From: Chrysomallon squamiferum
Lineage: Eukaryota; Animalia; Mollusca
Assembly: GCA_012295275.1 (NCBI GenBank)
Contig: CM022679.1
Coordinates: 12,524,001-12,588,000 of the forward strand
DNA length: 64,000 nucleotides
Reading direction: 5' to 3'
Position 1 is the stretch's first letter, and each line of letters starts with the position of its first letter. Below, piece after piece: positions 12,496 to 26,660 of this stretch. The translations under genes were made by a program, and so were the position numbers. The notes under the pieces were generated by a model that worked only from the letters and a program-made list of their open reading frames with translations, ran no database searches and was not told the DNA's origin.

Positions 12496-13370
12496 CATAC
12501 CTCACTTAGCTTTCCTCAACCATCCATTAAAATTTTGAAAATTAAACAAAGGCTCCGAAGACAAAGAATAAAAACTCTACTTCCTTTATTATATTTTACA
12601 ACAAAACAACCCTGCTAGTTGTATCATTATTTCAGTTCACTTTTTACTTGTTTTCTCTTTATCAATCTTATAGATAAGCTACATGATTTATATCAGTCCA
12701 CGACAATAGCCAGAATGTCAAAGATTTCAAGCGTAATAATCGACGATTTTAGTCTAGCATGTGTTCGGTTCACTGCGGCAGTATTGTGCTTCCGTCCGCT
12801 AACCAGGCGGAAAATTCTGAAAAGCCATTCGTTCGAATCACGGATCAAATTGTATATTAAAGTGTTGTTAATATGGAGTTTCGTACCCTTTGAAACGACG
12901 ATAATAAAACAAGACTCCTTCAAAGCTTGTTTCATTTGCCTTTCGCTGGTCCGGGCTTTTCACTTTCTTGTGTGTTAACCAGTCTTTCAAACATCCAAAG
13001 AATGCTGCTATGAAAATCGTAGAATAAATTGGCGAGTGAACACCCGTTCATTTATGGAAATTATACAAACCCTTTTTCATTGTGTGTTCTCCCTTAATTA
13101 CTTGTATAAATCATTGACAGTATTTATTTTTTCTTTTTTTTATCCTTTGCTGGGATTTTTTTTTTCTTTTTTTATTTTTTTTTATTTTTTATTTTTTATT
13201 TTTTTTTTGATACCTTCGGGTTTATTTTCGGCAAACAAACTTCATTAGTTAATATATCCGTAATGTCATAATTGATGAAGCGTGCAAAAAAACACATAAC
13301 GTTAACCAAAAGATCTTGAGTTTATTTGTTAAGATTATTTTATTTTTTTATTATTAATACTATTTTTTTA

Positions 13371-13401
<31 letters not shown>

Positions 13402-14643
13402 ATGAAATATAATAGGCCAGACTGCACAGATTTTAAAGAATTAAAAAAAAAAATTATTTTACAATCTGTTCTTAATATTTTCGCTGGTGTGATTTACTAA
13501 ACGCCGAGTTTATGCATTAAAAGATCATAAAACAACAATTATCTTCGCCAAATCGATGTTTTTCCTTTCTGTTAAACTGTTTAATTAACCACAAGTCGTT
13601 TGTAATCGCAGGATTCTTTAAAAAAATTATATTTTTGTGTTTATAAATGAGTATGGAAGGAAATAATAAAGGAAAACAGGAAAGGAAAAAAAAAAAAGAG
13701 ATGAAACGTAAAAATGATTTGTGATGATGAAGCACAATATATATAACCCCTATAAAACTGAATTTTTAAAATTTTATGTATATTTTGATAAATACATATG
13801 GAAGAAATGATTATGTGAAAGCGTGAGTGAAAGACAGAAAATTAAAAAATATAAAGAAATGACATAAAAAGCAAAACTATTACGTAATGACACTACACAC
13901 AAAGAACGGTGCACTGCTTACAGTTTAATATCGAGTTAAAAAGTGAGAGGAAAAAACAACTAATTCCCTACTATGTTCAAGAAATTTTTCATTTACTTTA
14001 TATAAAAAAAAAATAACTGTACCTATGGAGTAAAAACGGACTCGTATAACAAATAAAGAATTACGAATTACGAAAACTGAATAAGTTATGTTACAGGCTT
14101 TTAATGTATGGCTCCGTAAAAATACAAATAAATAAATAAACAAATAAATAAATAAATAAATAAACATACTAATTATTTGATATCAGACATTAAATTTTAT
14201 AGATTATGATATCACTTCAGTTCTTCAGTATCACCAAAGGTATCTTTTCCTACAGTTAAGGTAACATATATCACAACCTCTGAAGCACTTGCCGCTCACC
14301 AGCATCAATTAGAATCAGCCATAATTATATCCACTGACATCGTCCGCATCAAGATCGTCGCTCTGTAGATTAGCTTTATATATTTTTATTTTGAGCTAGT
14401 AGCAATATATTTTAAAAGTAATGTTGATGTCGTAGTTGTAGTTTTGGTTTTAGTAACAATGACAGTATTCATTTTATCATGATCGTAATCTCATCGTCAT
14501 TATCATCATCATTTTCAACATCGTCATCATCACCTTTAGTATTATTATCACCGCGGTGGTGGTGGTGGTGGTGATGATGATGATATTGATGATGGTGATG
14601 ATTGTCAATATTATTATTATTATTATTATTATTGTTATTGTTA

Positions 14644-14711
<68 letters not shown>

Positions 14712-16331
14712 CGATGTATGGCAATCGTTCTGTTTTGCATTTCTCTGTCTGTCTGTAACTAAATCTCGTCAGCCTCTCCAATCAAGCGCAGACGATAAAT
14801 AAAGCTGAACAAACCACTTTTTTTTTCTTAATCCCTTACAATCAGATATATTTAGTGTCCGAGCCAGTAAATAATGGCTGTATGTTGATATGGATTTCAA
14901 CGGACGACAGATGTGACAGCAAAACAAAGACGACAAAAATCAAATAAATTACTCCTACTTAAGCTAGAACATTCCTAGAGGGAAATTTCGGTTTATAAAA
15001 GACTGACGCCCCTCTATTCTTGAACGCTGTCCAACAAGCGTGCCCATCGAGCGACTTCGGGGTGTTGTCGGAAACAGAGAATATATTGCATGCTCGCACT
15101 TTCCGACAATGGACGCAGCCAAGTGTTGGTCTTCGGAACAATGCGACATCACAAGATCATCATTTAAAGAAGAATTATTGAAGTCGTGGACAATCGAGTA
15201 TTTAAGCCAGAAAGTCCTCTACGCACTAATCACAAGAACGCTAACGACACCTGTCGGTCTTAGGACCAAATGCAAATGAAGTCACAATCAGAAGTTGCCC
15301 GGATATCATTCTCAACTTTGACCGCCGACCCACTTGCCTATAAGGTCACCAAGACCTGTTGTGTACCCAATATGAAATGTATTTTTACAATTATTTATTT
15401 CAAATGTCCTAAGGACAGAGTTTTGCTTTCTTCCTTCCTTCCTTTCTTTCTTTCTTTCTTCTTCTTCTTCTTCTTCTTTTTTCTTCTTCTTCTTCTTCTT
15501 CTAATAATAATAATAATAATAATAAAAATTTATTTTACTGATATTCAGTTCAGTAAGTATTCTTTGTATAATCACGAATTCCAACCGTATTTCGGTGGTT
15601 AGAATACTATTCTATCACAGGATGAGTCCCGATATCAATGTTACTCGAGTTGCCCACTGTGTTATTTCCCATTTCAGTCGATATACCATATCAATCTTAC
15701 CATAATGTAAATTATAAGAATATTAAACTGCCCATATAATGTTACAGCAGCTTCTTCTTTTTTTGCTTCTGTTTTCTTTTCTTTCTTTTTTTAAATAATG
15801 TGTCTGTAAATCTTATCTAATTCGAAGAAAAAGTCATTTTCTCTAAAATAATATAATACTAGAAAAAAGCAGATGTAACAAGTTATTAGTTACTACATCC
15901 AAAATTTAACAGTTATACGTTAACCAGATACAGAACGTGAACTAAGATTATTATTTAACGACATACCTGTTAAACCATGCATAATTTATACACAGTGTAA
16001 TTCAATTACGAATGACATGTTATTCTCAAGGAGTCAGAACTAATTGAGTGTGATAACGTTAGGTGTTTATTTTCATCTGTTACATCAATGTTAGCTTTAA
16101 GTGATCTGTGTTGACTGTCCCTTGTTTACATCATTATTAAAACTTATTAGTGTCTGACATCAGATGAAATGCAAGTTTGACACATGAACCACAGTGCAGA
16201 GAACAAAAATCGTCCGCGACAAAATCGCAGTATTACACAATGACACGGAATAACTTTACCTCTTACTAATTTCGTGAAAACAGAACACAGAAAAGAATCT
16301 GTTTTCGTCATTGTCGAACTCGTGACATCCG

Positions 16332-16892
16332 TGTTGACCGAACAGCGGGAAATGAAACCTACAACCTCGATGTAAGTGAAACTGCCATATCCGCCATGTT
16401 GTCTTTACCAAGACACGACACCTCGCAACAAAAGTGTCACCTCTCGGAGAAAATTAGTTACGCAAGAAAAAATAACTCTAACCGCCTTTCTGCCTACTCG
16501 GAAGGCTCGCTCAATGGCCGGGTCGCGTGGCGTCATTTTGAAACGAAAATACCTCGAGACTAATCTGGGATTACTTTTCAATGACCGGTGATAAATTGTA
16601 ATTCAGCGTGAAAATCCTTCACACAGGAAGAAAAGGAAGGAAATCGGGTTAATCAGTCCAAGAACAATGTTTGGTTTGAACTCCTCGACTGTCACTAAAT
16701 GGCGCCAGTTATAGAGGAGCTGTGATTTAGAATAGTATGTACTGCGATCGCCTCTTGCTACCTGCTTCTGTCCAAAGGTTTCTAGGAATGTGGGGAGAAT
16801 ATTCCACATTCCATTCCCTCTTACTAACTATCTAACATTAATACATTTAAACATTCTTAGGCAGACAAACATGGATTGTCTCCGAATCGCAT

Positions 16893-16923
<31 letters not shown>

Positions 16924-17542
16924 GATAATTGATTCATTCAAATAATAACGATAAATACTTACAACTGTCGTTGAATATATAACTTAAACGATGAACGTCA
17001 TAACAATTTTACAGATGTTAGAGTGCCATATTTTTTTACAAGCCAACGTTTTATAATAACTGTTCAATGATACATGGTTTCGAGAAAATTCGACAGTTTT
17101 AAAATATTTTTCGATACAGTCTTCTAGGCTAAAATAGATTTTAAAAATTATTGACATTATTATTACTAATGAAACGATATAATTATGAATGCCCGTTTAA
17201 ATCATTCTCTACATAGACTTATATCCGGCGCCTTCTTGAATTAATGAATGAATAATATTGAAATAAAAAATATATTTAGTCGTGAATTTGCTTTAAATTT
17301 CTTTTAAAAAAGAAAAGAAAAGAAAAAGAAAAAATAATATATATATATATCAATGTTGACCGAACAGCGGGAAATGAAACCTACAACCTCGATGTAAGTG
17401 AAACTGCCATATCCGCCATGTTGTCTTTACCAAGACACGACACTTCGCAACAAAAGTGTCACCTCTCGGAGAAAATGAATTACGCAAGAAAAAATAACTC
17501 TAACCGCCTTTCTGCCTACTCGGAAGGCTCGTTCAATGGCCG
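16332..17542 (+). repeat. Direct duplication of 189 bp (16332-16520 and 17354-17542)
   Basis: The two copies, tgttgaccgaacagcggg...tcaatggccg, differ at about 4 positions. The offset is 1022 bp. Confidence 0.97.
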
Positions 17543-17605
17543 ATTTATTTATTTTAATTTTGTTTTTGTATCTTTTATTTATTGATTTAAGGTGTGTATA
17601 TATAT

Positions 17606-17684
<79 letters not shown>

Positions 17685-17748
17685 CACACACAAAAACACA
17701 CAAAAAAAAAAATAAATAATAAATAAAAAATAAAAAAACAAAATAAAA

Positions 17749-17780
<32 letters not shown>

Positions 17781-18463
17781 AGTAAAAGTAATAGTAATAA
17801 TAGTAATAACAATTGATGACATTTCTGGAAGAATGGTTACTCTAGTCTGTCTCTCTAAATTTAACAGTTTCTAAGCCTGGATGTATTCGATCCACTAAAC
17901 TTCGACATCAGTATTTCCCCCGTTGAATTAAACTGCGACCACTGTTTAAACAGATGTCTATGTTAATTTGATTTCAGTTTCGTGCATATTTTTCTCTAAT
18001 TTAATTATAGAATGATACGTCAATTTTGTTACGCCCCTTGTGCTGAGTAAACAAGCAGATGATAATATGAGTACCAGTCCAGTTCCTGTCCGTTTCTTTG
18101 GCCTCGCCATGGAAACAAAGTCCAGGTGTGTCCTGTCCGTCCATTGTCCGCAATGATGTAACACTTGGGAGTTGGAAAAGAAGAGCGTGAAGTGCGCGTG
18201 CTTTCAACAAAAGGTCCTTAGCACGCCCCTTTTTGCATTAACGCGCCAAAATGCCTGATCCGTTAAGGAAAAGATTTATAATGGAAAATACTAAAGGAAT
18301 CAAACAGCTATCATAAATTAAAAATAACGGTGACAAATTGGTCGTTGCAAACTTTTGTTCAAAATAAAATGTTAAAATGGTTCATTTAGTTTTCTAACGA
18401 TGAACAAAACGATTCTTTCGTCAGAAGCAAAAGAATAAATCGTTGTGATACATTCATACGAAA

Positions 18464-18516
<53 letters not shown>

Positions 18517-19495
18517 CACTAACACGCACACAGCCACACACACATAGTATAAAATTATGATTACATATAAATAAATGAATATACGTTCGCTCTTGTTCAT
18601 CTCAAATTTTGATCTTCTTTAAATTGGGACTGGAATGAGATATGACGAAGGTAGCGTTTAAAATTTGAAAGCACATAAAAATATTACAGTATATATATCC
18701 TGCTGTTAATAAATTAAAATTTGTTTCTCTTTTTCTCATTTAACCAACTAACTAACTAACTAGATAAATAAATAAATAAATAAATAAAAAGATGAAGAGT
18801 AAGTTCCAATGATATGGTATCATATGACATGATATAAGTCCAGCTAGTAGTATCGTACAGACTATTTCAGAATTATATTGCCTGTTTGAATGCACGAACT
18901 ATAAAACTTTCGCCGTCACCGAAGCAGATAATCCATGAAACTATATTATCTAAGGGACACAACTCCTGTAATGATATATCGGCAACACCTATTAAGACTG
19001 AGTCACTAAATTTGTTATTTCATTTTCAAGTATTTTGTGCAAATCTTTATATTTTTAATAATATTTCCTAGACCAGGGAGATAGGATTTCAGCATCTCAG
19101 CGTCAGACTTACTTTAAGAATGAAATGTGATTGTTACAAATAAATGTGATTGTTACAAACAACACTGGCCTATAAAAAAGAAGAAAGACATAAAAAAAAT
19201 AATAAAAAAAAAAAAAAAAAAACCGCTACTATTTAAACGATTAAAATATATTTAAAAGAAAATTAATTAATTGAAGGTAATTTCAATAGTTAAGAGTTTC
19301 ACAAATCGCTGAATAGATTCAATTTTAACACAAAACCGCAGTCTGAATGTTATTTCCTGTACCTGCATTTTATAATGATTTTAAAATAAGTGATGATGAT
19401 GATGATGAATATACGACTACCAGCACGATTACTACTACTACTGCTACTACTACTGCTACTACTATTACTAATAAAAATAATAAGAAGAAGAAGAA

Positions 19496-19533
<38 letters not shown>

Positions 19534-19695
19534 ATGTCATTCAAATAATAATAATAATAATAATAATATTCAAATAATAATAATAATAATAATTTTGGCC
19601 GCATTCAACTAAAATACACAAATATAATATATTCTATATTTTTTATTTCAAATTCAGTTCGATTTCTTATTTTTCTTTTTTCTTTTGTTTATCTT

Positions 19696-19728
<33 letters not shown>

Positions 19729-22700
19729 CGGGCGCGCGCCAGTTCACGCAAGGCACGTGCGGTCACGTTCTGGCGAATGACCGATTGACCAGCGCCCCAC
19801 GACGCAAAAAAAAAAAAAAAAAAAAAAAGACCAGGTGAGGAACTTACCTCTGCGCCAAGCGGTGACGGTAATGAGAAAATCACTCGACGGTTATTCAATT
19901 TTCTTTTCATGATCCAATTGCCTGGCCCTTAGGGGTTCGTAAGGTCCTAGCTGGGTTAGCGGGGACAATTATATTTCTGTTGGACAATGCCACATATCGT
20001 TTTACCCTCTGACTTCGGGGACGTGACTTTGTTTACATTTGGGACAGATTAAGGTCTGGGACAGACAGCTGAACCGCTGTCGGTAACGCCGGGATTAAAA
20101 GTGACAGTCAGCTCGCGCAAGTGGCCTGAGATGACGGAGACGTCGTCGTAGCGGTTACAGAAGAGGTGACGAGGTTGATTTTTTTTTTTTTTTTTTTTTC
20201 TAACGAGGGACAGGGGTTTTGTGAAATGAAAATTGCTAAGCCTTGAGGAAATGAAAGATAAATGAGAGAGAAAGTGAAAAGGGAAAGAAAAGTATTTTTG
20301 GTTCTTTTGATAAAATTTTACTTTGATTGGCGATCAGATGACATTTTTCTGACATCTGAAAGATATTTAAGATAAAGAGGACAAAAAAAAAAAGAAAAAA
20401 ACAAAGAAAAAATAGTATAAATGAAGAAAGAAAGAGAAAGAATGAAATTCATAAGTAAATATACCTAATATTTACTTACATAGATGTTATGTACAGTTAC
20501 ACATACACACATATATACAAGCGAAACACACAAAAAAAAACGCGCAAACAAATCAAAAACGAAAATGAAAATGTGTAAGCTCTTTGTTAATGATTTTTCC
20601 GCTTTAATATAAAGTAATATAGTGGCTATTTAAACAATCTTCGTTGTTTATATATTTTTGTTTTTCATGGATCTGTCTAGTACATTCTTGCTGTAATAGT
20701 AATCCAGTAATGAAATTCAACATCTACAAAGAATGATTACGAGTATCCATAGTTTTTGTCCTGAAAAAAAACCCAAACAAAAACAACTGTATGTCTGTAT
20801 CCTATCTCAGCGTCTGATGGGATGAGGGAAAATCTGATTTTGTTCTGAATTTCTGGTTCCGTTTTATTTTCCGGAACAATATAATTCAGCATTATATATT
20901 AATTATAATAAATACTAACAAAAGAAAGAGAGAAAGCAGATATTTAGATAGACACACACACACACATACGTACACACACAGAGACAGTATAAGAAATGTT
21001 AATATAATAAGTACTTGATAAATCTTTTGATCAGTAAAAAAAACAAAAAACGCGTACGTGACCTGTAACTGCAGTTTTACCATTTTTATAGCAATGTTTG
21101 TGAGTAGGCTACAATGTAGAGATGTTAATTATTATCTATCTTAATATATCTGTAATAAATATGTTATATCAAAGTTATTTTTAATATATGGTTTACATTT
21201 TATTATAAATATTTCAATTACGAACTCTGTAATTTCAGCTGGATAGAAATTTCCTTTTTCTTCTTTTTTCTTTGACATTTTGAGCGTTAATGTTTATCAG
21301 TGTACACACAAAAATATATAATGCAGGAGATTCAAAAACAATATAACAATAAATATAATTATATAATAAAATGTATAAACCTAAAGTAATACACAATTAT
21401 ACGTAATGTGATGACAGTAATCATAAGCTGCATCTTAACATGTTACTTTCAGTGAGATACAAACATCAGTATTAACTGTTAAAAAAAAGAAATTTCAACT
21501 AGAAAATGACAAACTTGAAAAGACTGAATCATGAATTGGAAGGGTGCAACTTCATATTTATATTATTTGCTATCGATACGTAAAATGTAGCTTGAAAATT
21601 AAGAATGATAAAACAATAAATAAAAATAATAAGAAGAATCTATAAAATGGTTATCTTCAGCTAGTCATAATAACAAATGATCAAAACAGGACGAAATAAA
21701 TGAAAATATATATTAGACAGTTGGGTATGTATATCTTTAATACAGGTAGAAAAATGATAAGAAGTAGAACGGCTCTGCAATCACATACTGACAAACAAAA
21801 TTAGGTCGAAATTCACTTCTGAAGCGAGCACACAAACCTATTTGTAACGCACTATTTCTGTTAGATGCTAGATTCTGTGACAGAAAATTAACTTATTTCT
21901 AATTTACTGTAAATCGCTTGTCATCACCAACCTACAATTAAATTTCTATTTGTGATGCGAGACTTAAAATATTCAGCCTCCGGCAAAGCAACATTTAACG
22001 TTAAATTTTCACGAGTCTGTCTGTCACTGCTCGAATTTTTATTAACAGGGGAACCGCTGCCATTGTTCGAAAATTTTCTTGCCAGCGTCGCACAATAAAA
22101 TATTTAGAAAACAACGCAGGGTGTAATTAAATTCATCGACAAAATGCTTCCATTTTACACGTCTAATTACAGATTAGCTAATCTAGACAGCGAATGTTGC
22201 ATGGGAAACCAGTCTACTTTTAATAATAAATATCATGACTGGTCCCCGGCAGTTCTCACCTACGAAAGCAATTAATGACACGCTAGGACGGAAATTTGAT
22301 TATCGTTTTTATGAATTTTTAATGAAGCTATTGTTCGGCAAAGACTTAACAGTTGACAGAGAAAAGACAGGGGTATTTAAAAAATAAAAATAAAAAAAAT
22401 AAAAAAAATTAAATTAGGACTAATTGTAATGATTTGACATGTTTTTATTTAGGAATTGAAAGTTGCACAGTCTTAGAAATTCTCGGTTACATGAATCTTT
22501 TTTATTTTTTTATTTTTTATATCAAAATTAAATGTATTTCGTGTCACTCACTACTTTAAGCTGCTTACCGTGGTTTAGAAAGTGATCTTGTTATTACTGG
22601 AGACACTTGTTAAATCTGCACACAAAGAATGTGGCAAAAAATGTATCGGGAGCATAAGATGACGCATGCACGATATGATGATGATGATGATGATGATAAC

Positions 22701-22796
22701 GATGACGACAATCATAATGATAATGTTAATATCATATTGATGACTATGATCATAGTATAGTAGTAGTTCGTCGTACATAGCAGGAGTGTGGTAGAC

Positions 22797-22827
<31 letters not shown>

Positions 22828-25501
22828 CAGCAGCAACAGCAGTGTGTGTAAAAAATTACGAACTACATATGCATTCATTTAAGAAAACAAATTTATTAAG
22901 TACATATGAATAAATACATCGATTAAAAGTTATAAATATGTAAATTAAAAAAAAATTTTACAAAAATGTGCATTTCATATAAAATATAAAAACATTTACA
23001 AAAATGGACATTTCATATAAAATAATCTATCTGTGTACAATGGTTTATGCATCAAAACGTGATCATAGGCATAAATAGGGAAAGGCACACTGCATTGTTC
23101 ATCCAGGCAGAATAACAGTAATAATAATATAATGTCAAACAGCAGTAGTAGTGGTAGTAATCCAAGTACAGTAGTAGTAATAAGAGCACTAGTAATAGTA
23201 GTAATACAGTAATAATGGTTAGTAGTTGTGATAGTACTGTAGCAGCAGCAATAGTAACAGGAACAGCAGTAGTAGTAACAGGATCAGCGGCGTGTGATAA
23301 TATTTATTAATGGAGGTTCTTGTGGCAGTTATAAAATGTAAGTAATAGCAAAACAGTATTAGCAGACATAGTAACAGAGGGATTGGTAACTGTAGTACTA
23401 ATAGCAGAAGTGATTGTAATAGTAATAGTCAGGTCGTAATGGAAGGAGTAGAAGTCGGAGCAGAAAAAATAATAAAAAATATATAGTTAGGCCTTTTCCC
23501 TATACATTATGCTTATTTTATGTAAGATGTATGTAAATAAATGTATAAAATGTATATAAATTATACATGTACAAGGCACTTCTTTCATATAAAAAATATA
23601 CATTGAATGTACAATCTGTAAATTTTATAGCACCAAAATAATTTATACAATAATGAATTTTAAAAATAAATAAAACATAAGAAGACGTTACAAAAAAAAA
23701 AAAATAAAAATAAATAAATAAATAAAATAAAACTTAAGAAAAAATCCACCAATAAAACAACGAAATTGGATTGATTTCAAGCGAAAATCGATCGTGCGTT
23801 TTCAGTTAAATTTTCCTGCATTCTGTCTGACCACACATAACTAATTATTCGTTATAAATCACACAAAACCATTTTAATTGAAACGGAAATGAAATTAAAG
23901 TAGGATTAATAGACATAATGACATTTCGAAAAGTTTGTTTAGAATGTCATGACATTACGTGCAACCCTTGTAAAATATCATGGTATTTTGAACAATCGAT
24001 ACACAACTGTCGTATATTTTTAATTATGAAAAAAAAAAAATTGATGCGAGGTAGACCTAAATATATAATGCTAATATCCAAAGTTTAAATTAAAGTAAGT
24101 CTTTAGCAAAAGCCATTATAAAATAAATAGAAATACTGAATAGATGTTTTTTCTGTAACTGTATATTTTGTTGTGTTTGTGGGTATATTATTGTACCTGA
24201 CTATATATGTATGTGTGTGTGTCTGTGTGTGTATTAATGTATGTATGTTTGGGTATGTGTATGAGTATATTTCTAAGGTTATACATACATTTCCGTAACA
24301 TTATGCATTTATTTAATCCATTGTAATTAACCTTTAATCTCAACATACGAAAACTTAAATAAAAAAAAAAAAAAAAAAAAATCAATAATAATAATAAAAT
24401 CGTCTGAAACAGTCCTAGATAAAAAAAAAAAAAAAAAAAAAACCTTGTTAGATGCAATATCAATCTGTTGTGACTAGTATGATGACTGCAAGTGATCAAT
24501 GAATCAAATTACTGAGACATTCCGAAAACATTAATAAAAACTCCATAACATACTAAAACAGATTCTAGTCAATATATAAATGTTAAGATACCGAGTTATA
24601 TTACGTCACGTACAAGTGACCTATTTGTAATAATATAAGAAGTAATGCTGGAACACATGTTAAATAATTCATAGTACCGTATTACTAATTCATAACTTAT
24701 TTAAAAATACGCATGGAATTGAGAGTTAAGTCTTATATATCATTTAGATTATGATGATGATGATGATGATGAATAATAATAATAATAATAAAATAATAAT
24801 AATAAAATAATAATAATAATAATTTGTAAACAATAAAAAGTAAAATAAAATAAAAGTTCATTGTATTTCTTGCTCGTAACGAAAAAACTACTTTGTTTTC
24901 TTAACAATGAAAATAAAGAATCAACCATAGAGATAAATGTAGAAACATAATTTACCGTTATGCACTGTATGTAATTATTAAAGAAAACATTCTATATACC
25001 AAAAATATCAATATTTTACATTGAATTCGAAATGTTAATATTGTCACCTGATTAAGAAAAACGTTGTAAAGTCTTGGTAAAGCTATTGTTTAACTCATCA
25101 CATTCTTTAGTGGTTCCTTCTCATTCCTTATATCCAATCGTAATGAAAAACCCCAATCAAATCGTAAGAATATCAATGTTTAGCCAAGTTTTTAACATAA
25201 TAAAGTAGTAGTAATTGTAGTAGTAGTAGTTGTTGTTATAGTAGCAGTAGAAATAATCGCAGTGATAGTAGCAGTAGTAATAGTAGTAGTAGTAGTAGTA
25301 GAGATGCCATTTCATTTCTTAATAAGATGACTATATTGCGTTATTACAATAACTATATTTGAAAGACAGATGGTTTTCTGTGTTTCTTTACACACTCACG
25401 TAACAAGTAAATATTGCTTCGCCCATAAAGTAACAGTTCAAAAATGAATTACGATTACACATCCTGTCCTCTTTCTGTCATCATTGTTTTCGCTGTGCTA
25501 T

Positions 25502-26284
25502 TCATGAAAGAAAATCGAACGAACAACCTTCGTGCGTGTCCGTTCCGACAACGGGTGCCGACGAAAGAATGTTTCCCCTCATCCACGTCGTGTTCGACAT
25601 CCTCGTGAAATCGTACGCCATCTGTGACGACGACGACACGGGTAGTTCTTCCGCTGCCACTGTCATTTCCGGCGTAACACAGTCTCGCTGATCGGCGGGT
25701 AAGACCGAAGCGCACTCTGGCGGGCTGTTGTTGTGCAACAAACTGAATTTTACACCGTCTGTCAGCAACGTGAGGGGCGACTTGTTCGCGTTTTCGTTCG
25801 AGTTTCCGACGAGTTTTAACGTTTCTCTCAGCGCCCAAATGTAATTGTGCGCTAATCGCAGCGTCTCTATTTTCGTGAGTTTCGTTTCGTCGGGAAAAGC
25901 CGGTAAATGTTTGCGTAGGTTTTCCAGAGCCGAGTTCAGATTGTGCATTCTGTTTCGTTCTCTGTCGTTCGCCTTCATCCTTCTGTTTTTCTTTAATTTA
26001 ATAACCACTGTCGGACTCCTTTTTCTCGTTCGTCCTCTCGTTCGTTTTCTCTTGGGATTTTCCTCGCTAGCATCACAGTTTGGGTTTCGGGAACACGGCG
26101 AATCTGAAACACTTTCGTCCTTCACGCAGTCAGAAATTTCACTGTCGTACACGTAGCTGGCGAGAGACTTAGCGTCCTGGGACGAACTGTCGTCAACAGT
26201 ACCGTCGTAGTCGAACGAACTGTCAACGCTTGAAGACGAAAACTCATATTCCACCTTTTCCGCAACAGGAATCGACATTTTCAT
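25502..26284 (-). CDS. ngn: Neurogenin (canonical, copy B), single coding exon, 260 aa
   Basis: The b[59 protein letters not shown] closely matches the neurogenin/tap consensus. A TATA box lies about 145 bp upstream of the ATG. Confidence 0.96.
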   Translation of the reverse strand: MKMSIPVAEKVEYEFSSSSVDSSFDYDGTVDDSSSQDAKSLASYVYDSEISDCVKDESVSDSPCSRNPNCDASEENPKRKRTRGRTRKRSPTVVIKLKKNRRMKANDRERNRMHNLNSALENLRKHLPAFPDETKLTKIETLRLAHNYIWALRETLKLVGNSNENANKSPLTLLTDGVKFSLLHNNSPPECASVLPADQRDCVTPEMTVAAEELPVSSSSQMAYDFTRMSNTTWMRGNILSSAPVVGTDTHEGCSFDFLS

Positions 26285-26394
26285 GTCATCAAAAGTTTAT
26301 ATTTATAAATATTTCTAAAAAGAAAATGTTTATATTATCTAACGTGTATTTTTCAAAAAAAAAAAAAAAATTGTCTAAGCAGTAAATAGACGAT

Positions 26395-26660
26395 TGTGAG
26401 TACAGGGAACGTTGTGTTGAAAGTATTTTATACCCGACAAGTTGACGTTTCTATTCTTATTCATGAACAATAGGCCAGCGGCTTCAGTTTCCCGGATAAT
26501 GATCGATACTAGCCAATCAACTGTCGCACATGCGCACAAGCGTGCGGCTGGACCGTTAGGTCTCGAGCCACAGTTAAAACTTTTCTTCTCGTATTGAACT
26601 TACTGTTTGGTCCATCGTAACAGGCCGGAGGCAGCGCGTGACAAAGCCACGCCCACCTCA
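26395..26660 (-). promoter_or_regulatory. Core/proximal promoter of neurogenin copy B
   Basis: Minus-strand GGGTATAAAA (TATA at 26432-26426), AGCCAATCA CCAAT box at 26511, an NRF1-like GCACATGCGCAC at about 26526, and a KLF/SP-like GCCACGCCC at about 26646, all in a CpG-retaining island. Confidence 0.65.

Noticed and set aside
23064-23516. Imperfect ~22-bp inverted repeat around an (AGT)-rich tract
   Set aside because: It needs indels to align, lies in AT-rich sequence and has no target-site duplication.
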